From Takakia lepidozioides (taxonomy: Eukaryota > Plantae > Bryophyta): a stretch of 64,000 nucleotides of DNA. The position numbers were made by a program, and so were the translations under genes. Below the pieces are notes generated by a model. That model saw only the letters and a program-made list of their open reading frames with translations, did not search any database and had not been told where the DNA came from. This document shows positions 36,701-49,024 of the stretch, one piece after another. The stretch spans positions 10,726,001 to 10,790,000 of the forward strand of contig CM060733.1 of the NCBI GenBank assembly GCA_030704615.1. The letters are read 5' to 3'. Each line of letters opens with the position of its first letter. Position 1 is the first letter of the stretch.

Positions 36701-37174
36701 TGCATTGTAAGAGAAGAAAGGGCAAGCAGAGAGACAGAGAGACCGTGGGTACCAACATTAACTTACGAAAAAGCTTCCGAAACACCTTGTTGCCTGCTTT
36801 TGCTGTAACGTAACAGGCATTAGCCTCACTGCCTCACTGCCGCGTTTGTCACACCATTGACTTGGGTCTGCAAAATATTCGTCACAAATCGTCTCCAGCA
36901 CTGCATTCTGGCTTTTTGAATACTTGCGTTTGTGGCCTCGTTGCTCATCCCCCTGTCCACAAAATTCGTCCTCCTCTAGTCCTCCTCTAGTCCTCCTCCA
37001 CGGCTGAGGAATCGGCTTAACACTGTTTGAAGAAATTCTCAATGCAATGCGGTTCGAAAAATCAAGATGGGTGCAATAAAAATACAGCGCACACCTCCTT
37101 GAAGGGCACCCCAAGATGCCTTGAGCACATGTGGAAGAGGCCACGGATGGCATGCTCATTATTTCCGCTGCCAT
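33706..37174 (-). CDS. PLS-class PPR protein with E1-E2-DYW domain (organellar C-to-U RNA editing factor)
   Basis: 14 P/L/S repeats, PG box (KEPGSSCIE), HSEKLA, CGDCH and terminal DYW. An in-frame TGA lies just before the main ORF. A phase-0 donor (TTC|gtaagt, 36767) and acceptor (cag|ATT, 36021) join it to an upstream transit-peptide-like exon starting at 37174; that exon is inferred. Confidence 0.95.
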
Positions 37175-37546
37175 GGCTGTCGCTTCTCCAACTCTTCAAA
37201 CAAACCACAGTAAATAGCTCAGTCAGAAGAGGAGGCTTGCTCAGAGCACACATTCTCCTCCTCCGCACCTCTTCTTCCAGCAACCAAAATCCCTCTACCT
37301 ACTTACTATGGGCTGCTTTCTTAGTAGAATTTTTTCGTAATGATAGATGCTGTCGTCGTCCTTTGATCGATTCTTCAATGGTTAGGATTTTGAGTTGGAC
37401 CATGGACTCGGAACATGAAGATAGATATATATAGAAGCCACCTACAGTTACAGTCAGCTGGTGGACGGCAGAGAATTGCGGTCCGCGCGGGTCTACGGTG
37501 CGCGCCTGCGGAACAAAGCCGTACCCAGCATAAGAAGAGTATAAGC
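37175..37546. promoter_or_regulatory. Probable bidirectional promoter region between the PPR-DYW and aminopeptidase genes
   Basis: Inferred start codons are head-to-head 372 bp apart; TATATATA near 37426. Confidence 0.4.
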
Positions 37547-40500
37547 ATGCTTCTTCTCAGCATGTCCCTGTCTCTCTCGCGCTCCATCGCTCGAGCCGTG
37601 ACGCAGCAGCAGCAGCAGCGAGGCCCAGAAGCCCTCACTCGCTTCTACTCAGTGAGTGTTTTCTCCCTCGCAATCCCATCGAAAGAGCACTGATGAAGGA
37701 AGCGAAGTCGGGGCAGGCCCTGCTCCGCCCTAGCTTCCTTCCACCGCTTGCCGCTTTTGCAACTTTAGGCCTTCCAAACCATTTCGCAATGCCTGCAATC
37801 TCTCTTGTCTGTCTGTCTGTCTGTCTCTGCATCTTCGGCCTGTTCCAGTTGACATAGAAAATTCGGCGACTTATTTGAACAATTTGTGGACTAGCTTGGT
37901 GTGCATCGCAAAGTCCTGTGTGGGGATGCCTGATGGTGGTATGTTGTCTACTGTCGTGTTGTCTGCATGGTGAAGCGTGGCCTATTCCTGTGATCAGTGT
38001 AGCTTGGTGATTCTCTGCAAATCAATCTGAGGGATTTTCTTCTGTTTTCCTTCCTCTTATGAAAATTTATCCTTCCGTGTGGCTTCCTTGAGGTATGTCG
38101 TGGTGTAGTTGAGAATTTGCTAGGCTCTCACATTGATACACAAAAGTCAATCTGACGGATGGGCCACACGGTCGCACAGATTGTTGAAATTGGGGTTGCG
38201 CGTGTATTCAGGTGAGGTCAAGCAGGCAACCGAAAAGGAGGCAGGCTGTGAAGTGCATCGACTTGTCCTTGAAAGCCAATTCCTTTCAGAAAGTTCCGAA
38301 GGTGAGTACTCTTTTTACTTGCCGGTACTACAAAACCCGAGAATTCGGTTCAGGAGCTGACTTTTATGAAGTTTTGCGAGATTATCACAGTGAAGGGGCG
38401 AACGGAATTCTGACAGGTTTTATCCTATCCTAATGTTACCTGACACGGTCCCTGGATGCAATGTTGCAGGGGCTTGCTTCGCAGTCATATATTAGTGGCA
38501 GTCTGCAGGGTCTGCGGGTGGGTCAGGTATGTTCCTATCACTGGCTTCTCTTACCGCACTACGACAGACGTCATATGTAGTGGCTGATGTGCGAGAAGGC
38601 TGGTCATGCTAAGCAGGCTTCAATTGCAGCATCATCTGGGCGCTTTCATTGCAGTGTAGCAGCACAGCCTCTGTCACCTGCAGCACAAGAGATGGCGACC
38701 AAGGAGACTCCACAAGAGATTTTTCTGAAGAACTACAAACCCCCAAGCTTCAGCTTTGACACAGTACGTTCCACTGGGTCCCTTGGCATGTGGTTACTGG
38801 CTGGCTCTGACTACCTCATCTATACATGTCTTGGATCACTAATTGTAAAATCACCAAAAAGTAGCAAGGATAGAATCTTGGAAGGACAATGGGACTGTGT
38901 CCAACCTTGCTTGCTAGATTGGTGTTGGGATGGAATACCCCATGTAGTCCAGGATGATATTTGATATCTGCACCTCAAAACCCTGGTAAGGCTAGAAATA
39001 TCAAGAAACTATGACCAGTATCAGGAGAAGCATTTTATTTGTTACTGTACTTGGCCGTGCAACATGGTAAGGTTCTTCATGTCTCTTATTGGTTCAGGTG
39101 AACTTGAAGTTTGACTTGGGGGAGGAGCACACTCTTGTGGTGTCTAGCATCCATGTTCTTCCGACATCTTCAGGTTTGTTTTACCGTGCAATTCTGCAAA
39201 GAGAGTTGTGGAATATTATAAAATGTTGGATGTGGAATCTAGCAGCATGCTATTAGAAGTCCTGCAAGGAGGTGAGAATTTGGTGGTGCTCGGGCTTGTA
39301 CGTCATTTCTAATTGCATTGTATGAAGTCTGACTTCGTCCCTCACCATGCTTGCCACAGGGGTCACTGGCCCATTGGTTCTGGATGGCCAAAACCTGAAG
39401 TTGGTCTCTGTCAAAATAAATGGCCAGAAGGTTGAGGTACGTTCATCTTGACTAGCTGTTAGTGGATAAGATCCTGAGGTTTCTTGAACTCTATTCTTTT
39501 CTGGAACTCTCTTTTTGCAGCAAGAACCTGTTAGTACTTTGTTAACATTATGTTCCTGTGGCTGACTAATGCAGGACAATACAGTTACGGTGACAGCCCG
39601 TCATTTGACATTGGCATCGGTGCCATCAAAGCCATTTCAGCTGGAGATTGTCACTGAAATTGAGCCCCAGAAGAACACATCACTGGAAGTGAGCATTTAT
39701 CCTGCCTCTAGAGCTTTTGTTGGATGGTTGATACCTTCCATAATACAGTGAGTAATGTTGCTGATGGGTTGACAGGGCCTGTATAAAACGACTAGCAACT
39801 TCTGTACCCAGTGTGAAGCAGAGGGCTTCCGCAAGATTACCTATTATCAGGCATGCTGATCTGTTCCCGATCTTGTGTGCTTCAATACCTGTCTCAGTTT
39901 CTTGTTTGCAATATCGGGGACATCTGATAGACTAGAGAAAATTTTGGTTGAACATAGTAGAGCTGGGGATAATGTGATCAGATATTGCGAATCCATCAGG
40001 GCATGTGGGTCATAGTTTGTTTTGTAGATCAGTTGGTTGAGGGTATTTCCTTCCGCCTGCAGGACCGTCCTGATGTGATGGCAAAGTTCACAACGCGCAT
40101 AGAGGCTGACAAGACGCTTTATCCTGTTCTGTTGTCAAATGGCAACCTTATTGAGCAAGGTGATCTCCCGGTAAGTGTACTGAGCCTTTTTTGCAAATCC
40201 TGCAGTTGATTTCTTGGGTATTTATAGTAGTGGGTATTGACGTGATCTTGCTGTGCTTTTCTTGAGATAAATATTGTTGTGTGATGTCTAAGCTTTTGTA
40301 TTTGGAATTGTTGAATCTCTTGTAGGAATTGAACATGAATTTGTAAAGCATGGGTGTGCAATCTTCAAGTTTGGGCAGGGTCAGTAAAGAGGATATTTGT
40401 GGTTGCAGGAGGGCAGGCACTATGCAGTGTGGGAGGACCCATTCTCAAAGCCATGCTACTTGTTTGCATTGGTAGCTGGCCAACTTGTGAGCCACGATGA

Positions 40501-43500
40501 CACCTTCACCACCTGTTCAGGACGCCAAGTGTCTCTCCGCATTTGGACGCCACCAGAGGATGTTTCTAAGACAACTCACGCCATGCACTCCCTGAAGGCT
40601 GCAATGAAATGGGATGAGGAAGTGCGAGCACTCACCTTTCACCCAAATTGATCACCCTCGTCTGTGTTTCATTGGCATAGGTCATTTGTTCGTGAGTTGT
40701 ATATTCCGGTGCCCCCTGAAGTGAAGATCTTAGGAGTGCCTTTTCTGGTGTTATAAATCTGTTTTCATAGACTGCACTAGAGGTGCCTGATTGGGGTAAG
40801 GGGCCAGGTGTTTGGGTTGGAGTATGATCTGGACTTGTTCAACATTGTGGCCGTTCCTGACTTCAACATGTGAGTACTGCATTTCTCAACTAACAATATC
40901 AAACTCAGAAGTATGGGAATACCGAGGTCATAAAAGGTGCACAGCACAGCCCTGCACGTAGCAGTTTTGTGGGGGAACCATACTAGGGTTGAAGCATCAG
41001 GTTTGATGGTGGTGACTCATGCCCTCAATTGTGGTTTCATTGACCAGCTATATTTATGGTGGGAATCTTTATGTAATTGTTCTGGCAACTTACCACTCAG
41101 TCCGGGTTGTGTGCAGGGGTGCCATGGAAAACAAGAGCCTAAATGTATGTGCTTCTCATTAACCAGTCTTAAATTCTCTACTTTATCTTTTAGTCAATTG
41201 TTGGGGTGTTTTGGCAAGGGATGATAGTGTGTGTCTGTCTTAGGATGATGCATTCCACTTTATTTGGGAAACAGGGTTGATGTTTGGTTTGTCAGCCCTT
41301 GAAAGTAAATCTAATCTAAGGATGATGGGTGCAGATTTTCAACTCTAAGTTGGTGCTGGCATCACCAGAGACTGCCACTGATGCTGACTATGCTTCTATT
41401 GAAGGGGTCATAGGCCATGAGGTTAGATGTTTTACTGTTTACGAGTAGAATGTTTGGAGTGGCACAGATGTTGCAAACACTGGGTATTGAGCTCTACTGT
41501 TCGGATGGACTAACACTTTTATTGTTGTTCCCTTGCTGGCTGGATCACACACTGGATTTTCAGTACTTCCACAACTGGACTGGCAATCGGTAAGTCTGCA
41601 CCAAACTGACAATACTCGTACATTTTCTGTTCATTTGTTGAATTTGATGTGTAGCATCTGGTTGCAAACCCTTCTCAGGACCATGTTTCCATGTGTTCTG
41701 CTTATTGTGTAGGGTTACCTGCCGTGACTGGTTCCAGCTGAGTCTGAAAGAAGGGCTTACAGTTTTCAGAGATCAGGTGAAGTAGCTTGTATGCTTGACC
41801 TTTGAATGGAAGAGAGAGTTGACATTTAATACCCACTTATGTTTACAATATTCTGAATGTTTAGCAAGTCAGATTGTTTACTCAGCAACTCAGGGCTAAT
41901 AGTGCTTACTTCAATTTGGAAGTGGCCCTTTTACAGGGGTTTAACTTTGTGCTTCTGTTACGTTTGCAGGAGTTCTCCTCGGATATGGGTAGCCGTGGTG
42001 TTAAGCGCATCAGTGATGTTTCACGGCTACGGATTTCCCAGTTTTCTCAGGTCTTCTGCTCCACCATATCCATATAAGTCTGGATATATTGTGATTCATG
42101 TCTGGTTCTCCTGTCACACAAGTACATGTAACGCACAGATGATGACCAATCGTGTAAAATCCCCTGTAATTTACTGCTATTGTCACTCCAGGATAGCATG
42201 GCTTATTGGTGCTGATGGACATGGTTTGCCATGCACAGTTCTGAGTGTCTTCTTCCCATTCCATCTCTTTTTCTTGGTGTTTATGGTTGTGCAGACAGTC
42301 GATTGGGATTGTCTTGCAATCAGTTGTTAGCAAGGACAGTCCAGGCTTGGCTTCAAAATCTGCTGTATTCCTTGTAGCAGAACATGGCTTAAAGCTGTTG
42401 CTTTCCCATACATGTTTGGTGTAGAAAATCTCAGTGGGTCCCCATATTGGCCTTTCTTCTGGCCCTGTGGTCTTTCCTTGGTGCATACAACAATCGAGTG
42501 AGAATTTCCTGCCATCACTTGTAGCAGAGTTAGAATGCTAGGCTTCTCTTCACTTTAGCTTTATGCATATTAGGCAGTAGTCGTGCCATCTGAAACATGT
42601 TGTGATAATTGGGGGACAGGATGCGGGACCTATGGCTCATCCAGTGCGCCCACACTCGTACATTAAGGTGTCTCCATTTCACAATCTTGAGGGTTGTATG
42701 AATCTCATTTTTCTCTAGGCTTTGTCCTTCAATGGCTAGTTGAGGTCATCCATCAGGGGTAGCATGTATCAGCTGATGCAGCTTCTAGCAAGATGGGCTG
42801 TAGCTGCCAGCATCTGGTAAGAAGTATCAGCTGGTTAAGTCTAAAGTAACAGAATGATACATCTGCTGGCACTGAATCTGGTTACTCAGTTAGGAGTTCT
42901 CAGTCTGAAATCCTATTTTAGCAAGACAGTGGAGTTAGCTCAACTTCGAGGATGTTCCCTCCAATCTGATGCACTGTGTGTGTCTCTGTTGTTGCTTTTC
43001 TGCTATGCCAGATGGACAACTTCTACACTGGTGAGGGCCTTTTTCAAGTTCTTTCTTGTCTGCACGAACAACTCATTGCGATATGAGTTATTGGCATGAG
43101 AGCTCATTTACAGCTTGTTTAGTTTGGGAAGAATGGTCATTATTCTCACTTTCTGCATTGGAGAGAACGTTCTTTGATCACTGAGCCAGCCAGCTAATAG
43201 TGTTGTGGAATGTATCTGATTGCCCACCATCCTGTTGGCGGTGAATGAAGCGTCTTGCACATCTGGTGGTCCCAAGTGCATGTTTATTCCATTGAGCAAT
43301 TGAAACGCCTTCTGTATAGATTCTTTAGTTTGCAAACAGAAGCTCTTGTAGGTTTGGAAGGCTACATGAATCACAAGGTTCTAAGTATATGTGTGGTTTG
43401 TGGGGATATGTTGGCATGGATGGATTGTGATTGAACGCACTGCTGGTTCTGCAGTTACGGTAAGACATCTCAGTGATGTATCTGAGCAATTCTGTCATTA

Positions 43501-46500
43501 CTTCTGTATCTGTGTGCTATGTACATTGAAACTCTCATCTTTTTGGAAATGTTGACTGGTACAGCTACTTTATAGATGCCCGTATTGGTTGGAAACTCTC
43601 AAGACAATAGGTCTTTCTAATGTTGGCTGGTGATGTTCCTCGTCTATCTTTCTGGCATCCTCTCGGGACATCGGTGCAGGTCTATGAGAAGGTAATCTCT
43701 CTCTTCTTTTCATCAGATCAAAGTGATTTCTTTTCTTCCACTTATTCCTCTTCATGTTCTTTGTCGTGTCTTCTATCTGTCTGTCTTCGTGTATTAAGAT
43801 TTTGGTGAGGTACAAAAATATGGTTATTTCAACTTGGACTCCTAAATCTCCTCTCTACTTGTTTCCCTTTCCGAAGATATTACATTAGCTTGGTAGTATT
43901 CAATAATTCCAGAGAACTAGTATGACCATTTTATGGATGGACACAGGGTGCAGAGGTTGTTCGAATGTACCAGACATTGCTCAGCAAACCTGGCTTCCGC
44001 AAGGTTAGTCACTTTGTATTTCCTCTTCTTTCCTTCCCATTTCCTTTCTTTCCTCTCAGTTTTTTTTTAAAAAAAAATTTATTCTCTCCTAATTCTTAAA
44101 TGGAAAGGGAAGAATTCTGGATTTCTCTTCTGAAAATCCCTGTAACCGTCGATCAGATCTTATTTTTGCTTACCTTTCATTTTAAGTATGGAAATATCTC
44201 AATAATTAATCAATTCCTTTCGCTTCTTTCCTTTCCTTTCATTGCTGTTCAAGGGGGCTGTTGCAAATGGACTGATCGAATGTGTGGTGTTGCTAAGTAT
44301 GGATACGGATTGAGTGCAGGGCATGGATCTTTATTTTCAGCGTCATGATGGGCAAGCTGTCACTTGCGAAGAATTTTTGACCGCCATGTTTGATGCTAAT
44401 GGCGTAAAGTTTCCAACATTCCCACTTTGGTGAGTGTTTGAAGGCCTTGTTGGCAACAGTTGGGTAGAGCAAACCCCTGAGTGCAAATTTTGACTTCTGA
44501 ACATAGACTCAGGATTTAATGTAAGCAGCATTGGTTAGTGATAAATGTTTGTTGTGACAGCTGGGAGAACGAATTGTTGGCAACCTTGACTTGCAGCACT
44601 GTCATAGCTGCAAATAGGGAATGTTCTCCACCTCTAGGACTATGTGTGCAGGGTTTCTGCATCACAGATCTGCTTGCTAGAGCATGCTCATTGGTACCAC
44701 TACGTACTTAGGGTGCATTTTCATCTACTCCCACTCAACCTGAATCTGCTAGATACTAGCGGAGGGCTTCCATCAGCACCAAGTTACCCACTCACCCTTC
44801 ATTATCTAGAGGAAACTAGCATCAGGCTGGATGCTTCTCCTCACCTACCACGAGGTCACCCACATTCTGGACCAAACCCTTCTCTAGAGTTGGTAAAAAA
44901 CATAGGCAAAGATTAGCAAATGGAGACCCTTCACCCACTATTTCCTGGTGTCACCCTTGTCTTAAAGGATTGGATTCAGGTAGAGTGGGTGTAGATGGAA
45001 ATGCACCCTTCGTCTGATCTGTCAGCCATGGGAATCCCTTTGTCCTTGTTGATTTTGGTATCGGAGACTTGTACATGCCCAAGCCGTCTGTGCCACACAT
45101 TTAGGGATGCTTTAGAGTTGTTTAGTCTAGAGCTCGAGAACTGAAGCATTTTATGGGCTGGTTGGACCTTATCAAAATTTTAATAACCAGGCTTCAATCT
45201 TTCGTACTTCTATGTCAGTCATGCAAGGTCCAGCTGATTATGTTCTCTGTCAAGCCCGTCAGGAATCAGGAGCTTTTTGGATATTAATATGAATTATGTG
45301 ACAGGTATTCACAAGCTGGAACTCCACTTTTGACTGTGTCAACCTCCTACAATCCTGAAGCTCACACCTTCACACTTACGTGCCGGTTTGTATACCTCTC
45401 ATCTTTGCCAAAACAGTGTACATGAGGTCAAAAGGATCAGCATGTATGTGTGTTCAATTCTAGAGATAAGGGCTTGGCAGATTTTTATGTCATCACAAAC
45501 AGACTTCTAGGCTGTGACTCCTGTGATGATGATGTCTTAGAGTGTAGAGGGGAGCTTGTTTAATATTGTAGAAAATGGGTTTGGAGGGCTGATCGCAGGC
45601 AGGAGGTGCCACCTACTCCAGGACAATCAGAGAAGGAGCCTATGCTCATTCCATTGGCAGTGGGCCTTCTTGACTCCAAAGGCAATGATATGCGCCTTTC
45701 TGCTGTAAGGGAAGGGCATGTGCTGCTTCCTTTGAGTAGCACTGATGGCAGCTCTGTCACCACAGCTGTTCTTCATATTGATAAGGTCTAGTCCTCTCAT
45801 TAACCTTGTCCCTGACCTGTAATAGGAGTTGCAATGGAGAATTCTTGTATTGTCTTATCCAGTCTTATAGTTGCCTGCAAGTCCATGTATCACCTTTCCC
45901 ACTACTTTTGACATGCTGGTTGTGACTGTCCTGGAGGCATGACTTTCTCCTACTTCGTGCCATCACTTGATGAGTATCCCAGTATTGCTTGTTACATAAC
46001 TTGACTGGTAAGAAAGCCCCAAGATTGTTGGCCTGTGTGACAAGGCATGTGCAAATGCAGGCAGAGCAAGAATTCACATTCCTGGACATTATGGAGAAAC
46101 CGGTGCCATCATTGCTGCGGAATTTTAGTGCACCTGTGCGCCTGGTGTCTGATATCTCAGATGATGATCTTTTCTTTCTTCTTGCACATGACTCAGATGA
46201 GTTCAATCGGTGGGTCACTCCGGCTTTCTCTTTTGCTCTCAGTTCCAGATTCCGATCTGGATCATTTTCTGACCTGGATATGCATTAGAGTCTAAGAACC
46301 CTTTGTTATGTATCTCATGGCCTGTTGCCTCCAGTTGATGGTACGTTAATGACTTGGTCATGGCCAACAATACGAAATGGATCTTGGTTGGGTAGAATGC
46401 GAACTTCTCTTCAAAGCAAATATCGTGGCTTTTGGTTCCTTTTGGTTCCTTTCAGAGAAGTGACTCACAATATGATCACTATAGAGGGTGATCATTTGAG

Positions 46501-49024
46501 TGGAGGCCAAATCGCAACCTGTTGAGAGCTAACTTGTCTACCAGGGTGAGGATCATCCATGTCTCAGATCTGCACCGCTTGTCTGGGATCAGGGGCCAAT
46601 GGCCCACCTCAACATATGAAAATATGTCATCCACAGGTTCCATGTGATTGAAGTGTAAGTTGGTCAATGATATGATTGTGAATCTGGACAGGTGGGAGGC
46701 TGGGCAAACACTAGGCCGCAAGCTTCTGCTGGACCTCATTGCACGCCAACAGCGTGGGGAGTCACTGAGTGTGGGCAGCCCTTTTATTGAAGGACTGCGC
46801 AGCATTCTGTGCGACTCCTCCCTTGACAAGGTAGGTGGATGTAGCTGTAGTGTTCTGTCAGTTACAACAATGTAGAATGTTGAACCAGATATAACAGTAA
46901 GTCCTTTTAATCCTTTTTCGATCTGAACTCCCCACATCAATTGTTTGAAAAAGATTCTTGTGGAAGGCTATTAAGGTTTCAAAACTCAGTGTTCGGTTGA
47001 AGTGGCTGTAAGCTCTTCTTAAGGGGAGTGTTGGTCGTTGCAGGAGTTTGTGTCAAAGGCCTTAAGGTTACCAGGGGAGACTGAGGTGGCAGATCTGATG
47101 GAAGTTGCAGACCCCGATGCCATTCACATTGTCCGTCGTTTTCTTATCAAAGAGATAGCCTCAAGCCTCCGCCAGGAACTTTTAAAAGCGGTATGTACCT
47201 TCCTTTTAGTGAAGGATAATTTTGCTCCCAGATGAAGAAATCTGAGGTTTCAATTTTAGGTGGCATGGATGTTGTCAAAGAATCTGTTTGTCACATTAAC
47301 TGCTGATGGATCCTGCCTGTCTCATGCAAATATATAAAGTGGCATGGATGATCAACCGGATGGGCATTTCTCAAGCCATTGCTATACTTGGCTTAAGGCA
47401 TTTTCAACTCTGTCCATGATGCTATGTGGACAAATAAGAGGAGGCATGAAGGTTGGGCCACACTGTGACGATTGCATCTGAATTCTCCACAGGTGGAGGA
47501 CAATCGCAGCTCAGAGGCATACAATCCCATCCACAACAGCAGGGCACGTCGTTCTTTGAAGAATGCTGCACAGGGTATGCTTATTTGGCTTGTCTGGTTA
47601 TGTGTTCTATGTGTTCTCCAGGAGGCCGCCTGTGTTCAATCCTGGCATGGTTTTTCTTCCTGTTTTTCAGCATTGGTGTTGAATGTTCAAGTGAGCAGCT
47701 TATTCTAACGAATTTTATTGAATCATCTGTGGGTGTAGAATATCTGGCATCTTTGAATGATCCCCAAATAACGGAGCTGGTACTGCACGAATACAGAACT
47801 GCCACCAACATGACTGACCAGTTTGCTGCACTATGCGCCCTTGCTCAGCACCCTGGGGAAGTGCGATCCTCAGTTCTATCCGAGTTTTATGAGCAATGGA
47901 AGGGGGAAACACTGGTAGGTCCACACAGCTGTCACCACTAACCCCCTTTTCCCTGGTTGAAGGAGCCAAGTTTTCAGTATGCAAACCGTGTTCGAGTTCA
48001 ACATTATCTCTACCTTGGCATTTGAGGGTAAGGAGCTGAATGTGAGGATCTGGTTCAGCACTTGTAGAATGGATTGCAAGAGTGAGGAAGGTGGGTTGAG
48101 GCAGAAACACAGTTGTCTTTTCCTTGGTGGTTAACTGATTAGAGGAGGTAATGGGAATCTGAATGATAGGTGGTGAACAAATGGCTGGCGCTGCAAGCCA
48201 GCTCTGATATCCCTGGCAACGTGGAGTATGTGCGGCAGCTGCTTGAGCACCCTGCTTTTGATATCCGCAACCCCAACAAGGTGCCATACTTCTCTTTCCT
48301 GGTTGGGTTGGATCGTTCCCAGTGAAGACCCAACTGGAGTAATCCGTTTATGAAGCTCAACAACTGTAATGCAGATACTCTGGTAGTGTTACCATCAGAG
48401 CAGTCAATCTGGTAATGCCCCATGTACGAGTGTTTATTAGTCCATAAGTACACTGAAGCATCCTGATTGTAATGGATGACAGGTGTACTCCCTAGTTGGA
48501 GGTTTTGTTGGGTCAGCAGTCAGTTTCCATGCTAAGGATGGGTCAGGCTACAAATTCCTGGGAGACGTTGTGGTGCAGATCGACAAGATCAACCCACAGG
48601 TTGGTCATGTCTTCATCCTTCATGAGGCAGAAGCAATACAGATTGGATGTTGGTATGCTTGGCTGTAATATATTTGAAAGAGATGGACAGCCATATGGTT
48701 TGGAGGTTAGAAACTGAAACCATTAGTTGACTCTGGTGTCCAGGTGGCTGCACGCTTGGTGGCAGCCTTCTCAAGGTGGCGTCGATTTGATGAGGAAAGA
48801 CAAGCCTCAGCCAAGGTGGGTTATGCATAGCTACACCCATTGTACAATGATTTCTGTGCTTTTTATGAAGCATGGTAGAAGTTATCACTTTCGCACCCTT
48901 TTTGACCTTTGTCGTACATGGAAAATGGCTTGAATGCGTACAGGCACAGCTGGAACGGATAACAAACACAGAGGGGGTCTCTGACAATGTTTTCGAGATT
49001 GCCTCGAAAAGCTTGGTGTTGTGA
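37547..49024 (+). CDS. MPA1: M1 family alanyl aminopeptidase (aminopeptidase N / puromycin-sensitive; MPA1-like), about 30 exons including micro-exons
   Basis: [83 protein letters not shown] (HEXXH-18-E), MDNFYTVTVYEKGAEVVRM, C-terminal [10 protein letters not shown]. The transit-like 5' exons (from 37547) are less certain. Confidence 0.93.
44711..45008. mobile_element. Tourist-like (PIF/Harbinger) MITE, 298 bp, in an aminopeptidase intron
   Basis: 36-bp TIRs GGGTGCATTTyCATCTACwCCCACTCwACCTGAATC with 3 mismatches; flanks TTA and TTC (degenerate TTA TSD). Confidence 0.85.
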
